64,000 bases of DNA from positions 19,530,001-19,594,000 of the forward strand of contig OZ231126.1 in NCBI GenBank assembly GCA_965153355.1. The letters are read 5' to 3'. Shown here in pieces: positions 63,719 through 64,000 of this stretch; the stretch's first letter is position 1, and each line of letters begins with the position of its first letter. The notes beneath the pieces are model-generated. The model was not told the origin of the DNA. It saw only the letters and a list, made by a program, of their open reading frames with translations, and made no database searches. Made by a program: the position numbers and the translations under genes. The stretch is from Flaccisagitta enflata. Taxonomy: Eukaryota.

Positions 63719-64000
63719 ATTTGTCCTCGACGATCAGTTTACGTCGAGGACTATAACATAGCCTTGATCGTGTGGTAAGCCGTTTGTTTGTTTGTTTGTC
63801 TCAACCCTTAAAAACTTAAGAACTACAACTCAGATGTTGATGAAACTTGGTCAGTCTTATTTTGAGGGCATCACTAACCTGTGTACCAACTTTCAACAAC
63901 ATTCATAAATATTTTATACCCTTTGCCTATTATATTTGTAGTAATATTAATTCCTGGAAATTTATATAGGGGAAGGGTAGTAAAGAATCACCAATGTTGT
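63719..64000 (+). mobile_element. Helentron-like element (GTCCTCGAC subfamily), truncated by the window end
   Basis: Highly similar to 48479-48750. Confidence 0.75.

Overview
Repeat-rich, intron-containing animal genomic DNA (probably an invertebrate with motile cilia or flagella; taxon not determinable). Five spliced genes can be reconstructed with phase-consistent splice sites. (1) A modular trypsin-like serine protease (+; TSP1, then a duplicated unit of an unrecognised Cys module plus three LDLa repeats, then an S1 domain). (2) NACA (+). (3) PIP4P1/2 (TMEM55)-like (+). (4) CFAP77 (-), only partly visible in the ORF track and including a probable GC-AG intron. (5) An RNF31/HOIP linear-ubiquitin E3 ligase (+) that runs off the window end and has an unusual Tyr-motif/Pro-rich N-terminus. 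A tentative small three-exon gene with RPS17-like motifs lies on the minus strand between NACA and TMEM55. Introns and intergenic DNA are filled with non-autonomous Helentron/DINE-1-like elements (several carrying internal minisatellites), foldback MITEs (TA, 4-bp and 8-bp TSD types, sometimes nested), microsatellites and a 2.7-kb 16-bp satellite. Most ORFs in the track are repeat artefacts. Gene identities rest on recalled family motifs, not database searches.
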